A stretch of DNA of 50,475 bases from a bacterium (GTDB lineage: Archaea > Thermoplasmatota > Thermoplasmata > Lutacidiplasmatales > UBA184): positions 1 to 50,475 of the forward strand of contig DAIDCO010000007.1 of the NCBI GenBank assembly GCA_027309555.1. Reading direction: 5' to 3'. Positions 47,141-50,475 of this stretch are shown piece by piece. Numbering within the stretch: position 1 is the stretch's first letter; every line of letters begins with the position of its first letter. The notes beneath the pieces were generated by a model, which saw only the letters and a list, made by a program, of their open reading frames with translations, did not search any database and had not been told where the DNA came from. Position numbers and translations under genes: made by a program.

Positions 47141-47460
47141 AGTACGCGGTCATCCTGAACTCAAAGGATCCCGAGACGGCCTGGAACGCCTTCCGGTTCT
47201 CGGCGGCGACACTCTCTCGAGGCCACAAGGTCGCGGTGTTTCTGCTCGGTCCGGCGGTAGAGGTCGACTCGATCGATAACTCCCGATTCGAAGTAAAGAA
47301 GGTCGTGGAACGATTCCTCGGACTCGGCGGGGAAGCCCTCAGCTGCGGCACGTGCCTCAAGGTGCGGAAGATGGGCGCGAGCGAGTCGTGCCCGATGTCG
47401 ACGATGGACACCCTCGTGGCGTTGACCGAGGACGCCGACCGGGTGGTGACCTTCGGATGA
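47137..47460 (+). CDS. DsrE family sulfur-relay protein
   Basis: PETAWNAFRF, VFLLGPAVE, SCGTCL, CPMSTM and DRVVTF. ATGA overlaps on both sides. Confidence 0.9.
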   Translation: MKYAVILNSKDPETAWNAFRFSAATLSRGHKVAVFLLGPAVEVDSIDNSRFEVKKVVERFLGLGGEALSCGTCLKVRKMGASESCPMSTMDTLVALTEDADRVVTFG

Positions 47461-48629
47461 GTTCGAAGTCGGTCCTCGTGCTGGGCGGCGGCATCGGCGG
47501 CGTCACTACGGCGACGCACCTCGCCGACCGGGTCGGCGCCGGGGCGAGCGTGACCCTCATTGACCGCCACCCCACGTTCTACCAGTGCGCTCACAATCTG
47601 GAACTCCTCACGCGCGAGACGATCGACGCGCGCGGAGCCGCGGGCCGCCTCGGCGCGCTTGCCGAAAAAGGCGTTCGCTTCGTCGAGGCGGATGTTCGGC
47701 TCATCGACTCGGCACGGCGACGGGTCGAGACCAGCCATGGGTCCTTCGAAGCCGACTACCTCGTGGTAGCCCTCGGGGCGGACCTGGCTCCCGAGCAGGT
47801 CCCCGGTTTCCGGGACGCCGCGATCAACCTCTACGAGGCTGATGGGGCGACGCGGGCCGGTGAGGTCCTGGCCACTCTCGAGCGCGGACGCGTTGCGGTG
47901 TTGATCGCTCGCACTCCGTTCAAGTGCCCGGCGGCCCCGTACGAGTTCGCGCTCCTCACCGACTCGATCCTGCGTCACCGCGGAATCCGCGACGCGGTGG
48001 CCGTCGACCTCTACACGCCGGAGTGGCAACCGATGTTGGCCGCGGGCGAGAAGGTCGGAGCCGAAGTCGCTCGGCTCCTCGCGGAGCGTTCGATTGGATT
48101 CCACTCCGAGGAGATGGTCCTCAAGGTGGACGGAGCGAAGCGTCGGCTCTTTTTCGAGACGGACGAGGCCGAGTACGACCTCCTCCTCGGGATTCCCCCG
48201 CACATCGCTCCCGCGGCGCTCCGGGCGTCGGGCCTCACGGACTCGAGCGGATGGGTCCCAGTTGCGGCGGGGACCCTCCGGACTCGTTTCCCCGACGTGT
48301 ACGCCATCGGAGATGCCGCTGCGGTTCGGCTTCACAATGGACTCTTCCTTCCGATGGCGGGGGTTTTCGCCTTCCAGGAGGGTCTCGTGGTCGCGGAGAA
48401 CATCGCGGCGGCGATCGGGGGCGGACCCTCGGCGGAGTTCACCGGCGAGGGCTTCTGTTACATCGACGTGGGCGACGGCCGGGCGGCCTATGGCTCGGGG
48501 AACTTCCTGGCGCGCCCGGCTCCCGAGGTGACATTCGAGGCTCCGTCGGTCGAGTTCAAGCGGGCAAAGACGGAGTTCACGAACGCGATCTCCCGCTCGC
48601 TGACTTCGACCGACGGGACTTCCTCCTGA
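47457..48629 (+). CDS. sqr: Sulfide:quinone oxidoreductase-like FAD-dependent oxidoreductase
   Basis: VLGGGIGG, DYLVVALG, FKCPAAPYE, VYAIGD, LPMAGVFA and GFCYID (both redox Cys present). Confidence 0.85.
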   Translation: MSSKSVLVLGGGIGGVTTATHLADRVGAGASVTLIDRHPTFYQCAHNLELLTRETIDARGAAGRLGALAEKGVRFVEADVRLIDSARRRVETSHGSFEADYLVVALGADLAPEQVPGFRDAAINLYEADGATRAGEVLATLERGRVAVLIARTPFKCPAAPYEFALLTDSILRHRGIRDAVAVDLYTPEWQPMLAAGEKVGAEVARLLAERSIGFHSEEMVLKVDGAKRRLFFETDEAEYDLLLGIPPHIAPAALRASGLTDSSGWVPVAAGTLRTRFPDVYAIGDAAAVRLHNGLFLPMAGVFAFQEGLVVAENIAAAIGGGPSAEFTGEGFCYIDVGDGRAAYGSGNFLARPAPEVTFEAPSVEFKRAKTEFTNAISRSLTSTDGTSS

Positions 48630-49153
48630 GCATCGCTCGTCCGTCCGGTGGGACGCTTCCCACCGTACCGTCCGACGGCACCGGTAATCGACTAGCGTCC
48701 CGGAATCCCGTTGAACCCACCACGAACGTCCCGTACATCTCGTCGGCAGCGTCTCTGCGAGACGTGCCGGGGCATCAGTCCTAACCCACGTCCGCCACGA
48801 ACGAGAGTCCTTGGCTCCCGTATCCGTTGCCGGTGGATCGACCGCGCGTCGCCCACTGCATCATCCTGGTGTCCCCCCTCATCGACTTTCCTGGTGAGAG
48901 ACAGTGAGCAGCGCGCGTGAAGAAACCCCCGGCCGGCCTGGTCAGTCCCATCGGGGTGGGGGGGATGCATGCGGGACCGGGTGGAGATCGATCGGGGAAA
49001 GTCTCCCGAAGGTCGGAAGAGGACGGCGGACCGCACGGACTCGGTCCTGTTGCGGCCGGCCGGATCCCTCGCGACCGGAACTGCACGATCCCCCCGCAGC
49101 TATCGCGGCGAAGGGGAATCGATCCCTTAAGGGCCTAATGAGCCCAACCTGCG

Positions 49154-50182
49154 CTAGCTGGCCAAGTACACTTTGTCAACTGCGGTGACGTAGACCCGAT
49201 CATTGAACTCGTCATAGACCGCGCCCACGAAGTGGTCCGAGGGAGACGGGGCCGCGATCGTCTTCACGACCGAGAGGGAGGAAATCACCGAAACGCCAGG
49301 GGGACCGGAGACCCCGAGACACGTGACATACACGTGCAGCGTCGCCTGCGACCAGGTCGCTCCGAACGGGGCTCCGCACACAGTGATGCTCCCGTGCTCG
49401 CCGCCCAGACCATCTATGACCGAGACGTTGTCACTCAGGCTGTTGGCGACATAGTCGAGGTGGTTCGCAACATCGAACACTATTCCCTGGGGCGAGCCCC
49501 CGACGGGAATGTCGATGTGCGGAGTGCCGATCGGATGGGCGGCATCGATCGAGGTGACGTTGTCGCTCGCCGCGTTGGTCACGAGCAGTCGGTTGGCTGT
49601 AGGGTCGTAGGCAATCGCTCCGGGATCCTCCCCGACCGGGGTGCTTCCGATGACCGTCGTCCCCGAAATGAAAACGACGGTGTTCGAAACCCCATTTGAT
49701 ACGGCCACGAGACCTGCCGCCGGATCGAATGCGAGCGGCCCCAGAATGTTGAAACTCGGGCTTGCGATGGTGGCAACGACGTTCGAACCTTGGATAACGT
49801 CGACTTGTTCGGAGTTCGCGTCCGTGACATACAGCTCATTATCCTGAGGGTTGAACACCGCGGCCGCGGGGGCATCTCCCGGCGGAAGGGCCACCTTTCC
49901 CACCGCGCACGTGTTGAGAATGACCAGAGCGGACAGTGTCGGGACGTAGACCTGATGGTCAACGGGATCGTACGCGGGATAGAGAGCATTCCCTGCGCCG
50001 CTTACGGTACAGGTAGCCACCAAACCCGGCCCCGAGGAACTCGCACTGGGGCCCCCAGGCGCCGAGTCGAGCATGCTCGCGGAACTCAGGAAGGGCAACG
50101 CGACGAGCAATGCCCCGGTCACCAATAGCAGAACCGGGACCGTTCGATCCGATCGGAGAAGGCGTCGTGTCCTGCTCTTCAT
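49154..50182 (-). CDS. Secreted YncE/YVTN beta-propeller protein (single propeller)
   Basis: Signal peptide and about seven (Y/F)DP....YV...S..V blades. Confidence 0.88.
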   Translation of the reverse strand: MKSRTRRLLRSDRTVPVLLLVTGALLVALPFLSSASMLDSAPGGPSASSSGPGLVATCTVSGAGNALYPAYDPVDHQVYVPTLSALVILNTCAVGKVALPPGDAPAAAVFNPQDNELYVTDANSEQVDVIQGSNVVATIASPSFNILGPLAFDPAAGLVAVSNGVSNTVVFISGTTVIGSTPVGEDPGAIAYDPTANRLLVTNAASDNVTSIDAAHPIGTPHIDIPVGGSPQGIVFDVANHLDYVANSLSDNVSVIDGLGGEHGSITVCGAPFGATWSQATLHVYVTCLGVSGPPGVSVISSLSVVKTIAAPSPSDHFVGAVYDEFNDRVYVTAVDKVYLAS

Positions 50183-50475
50183 GATCTACCGCCGGATGCC
50201 CCCGCCTCACTGCCCGGGATGGAATCGCGACATATCTAGGTGCCGCCCGGGCGCCTTGGTCGACTTGTCCTCCGCCGAACCGGTCGGATTCCCTGAACGA
50301 CTGCAATGGGCAGACGTCAGACTCCGGCCGAATGGTTCCTTCTGGACCCCGGGGAGGTGGGTCGTTGGTCATCCGGCTGCATCCAACGGCGTGACTTCGC
50401 GTCGTCGGCGCGGGGAGACCGCCGTGGGCCCGCTCGGGAGACGCTCGAAGCGGGCATCTGACGCGGGCTTGGGAG

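Noticed and set aside
1-50475. Numerous long overlapping or antisense ORFs (for example 3714-5345, 5400-6890, 20170-21873, 24047-26407, 40835-42499, 46965-48335)
   Set aside because: They are Arg/Pro/Gly-rich shadow frames expected in high-GC DNA, and each overlaps a better-supported gene with recognisable motifs.
1-50475. CRISPR array, tRNA or rRNA genes
   Set aside because: By eye I found no regularly spaced repeat-spacer units, cloverleaf or rRNA-like segments. tRNAscan-SE and Infernal would be needed to exclude them formally.

Overview
High-GC archaeal window, most likely Thermoplasmata, inferred from thermopsin, the F-x-E-x-GLP-x-G-x-x-W-x-V surface repeats, TATA-like boxes about 25-30 nt before starts and GGAGG(TG) ribosome-binding sites. 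It is dominated by cell-envelope and secreted-protein genes: two processive GT2 synthases, two paralogous clan GH-A hydrolases, ugd-galU, thermopsin, repeat-rich surface proteins, beta-propeller proteins, a GT-C membrane protein, two ABC transporters and an MFS transporter. It also holds a lone tyrosine recombinase, a PKD pseudogene, a PaREP1/HEPN-like gene and an arsR-dsrE-sqr operon. The best candidate for a novel system is a four-gene minus-strand operon at 18371-22252: a short flotillin/SPFH protein, an intact TRAFAC-like GTPase, a GAP1/DENN-like protein and a catalytically degenerate paralog of the GTPase. The second candidate is a divergent gene pair at 1184-3813, where a GT2 synthase and a soluble protein share the same unusual C4 zinc finger. 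I saw no tRNA, rRNA or CRISPR array. All family calls come from motif recognition by eye, and several start codons were moved from the ORF track using RBS and TATA context.
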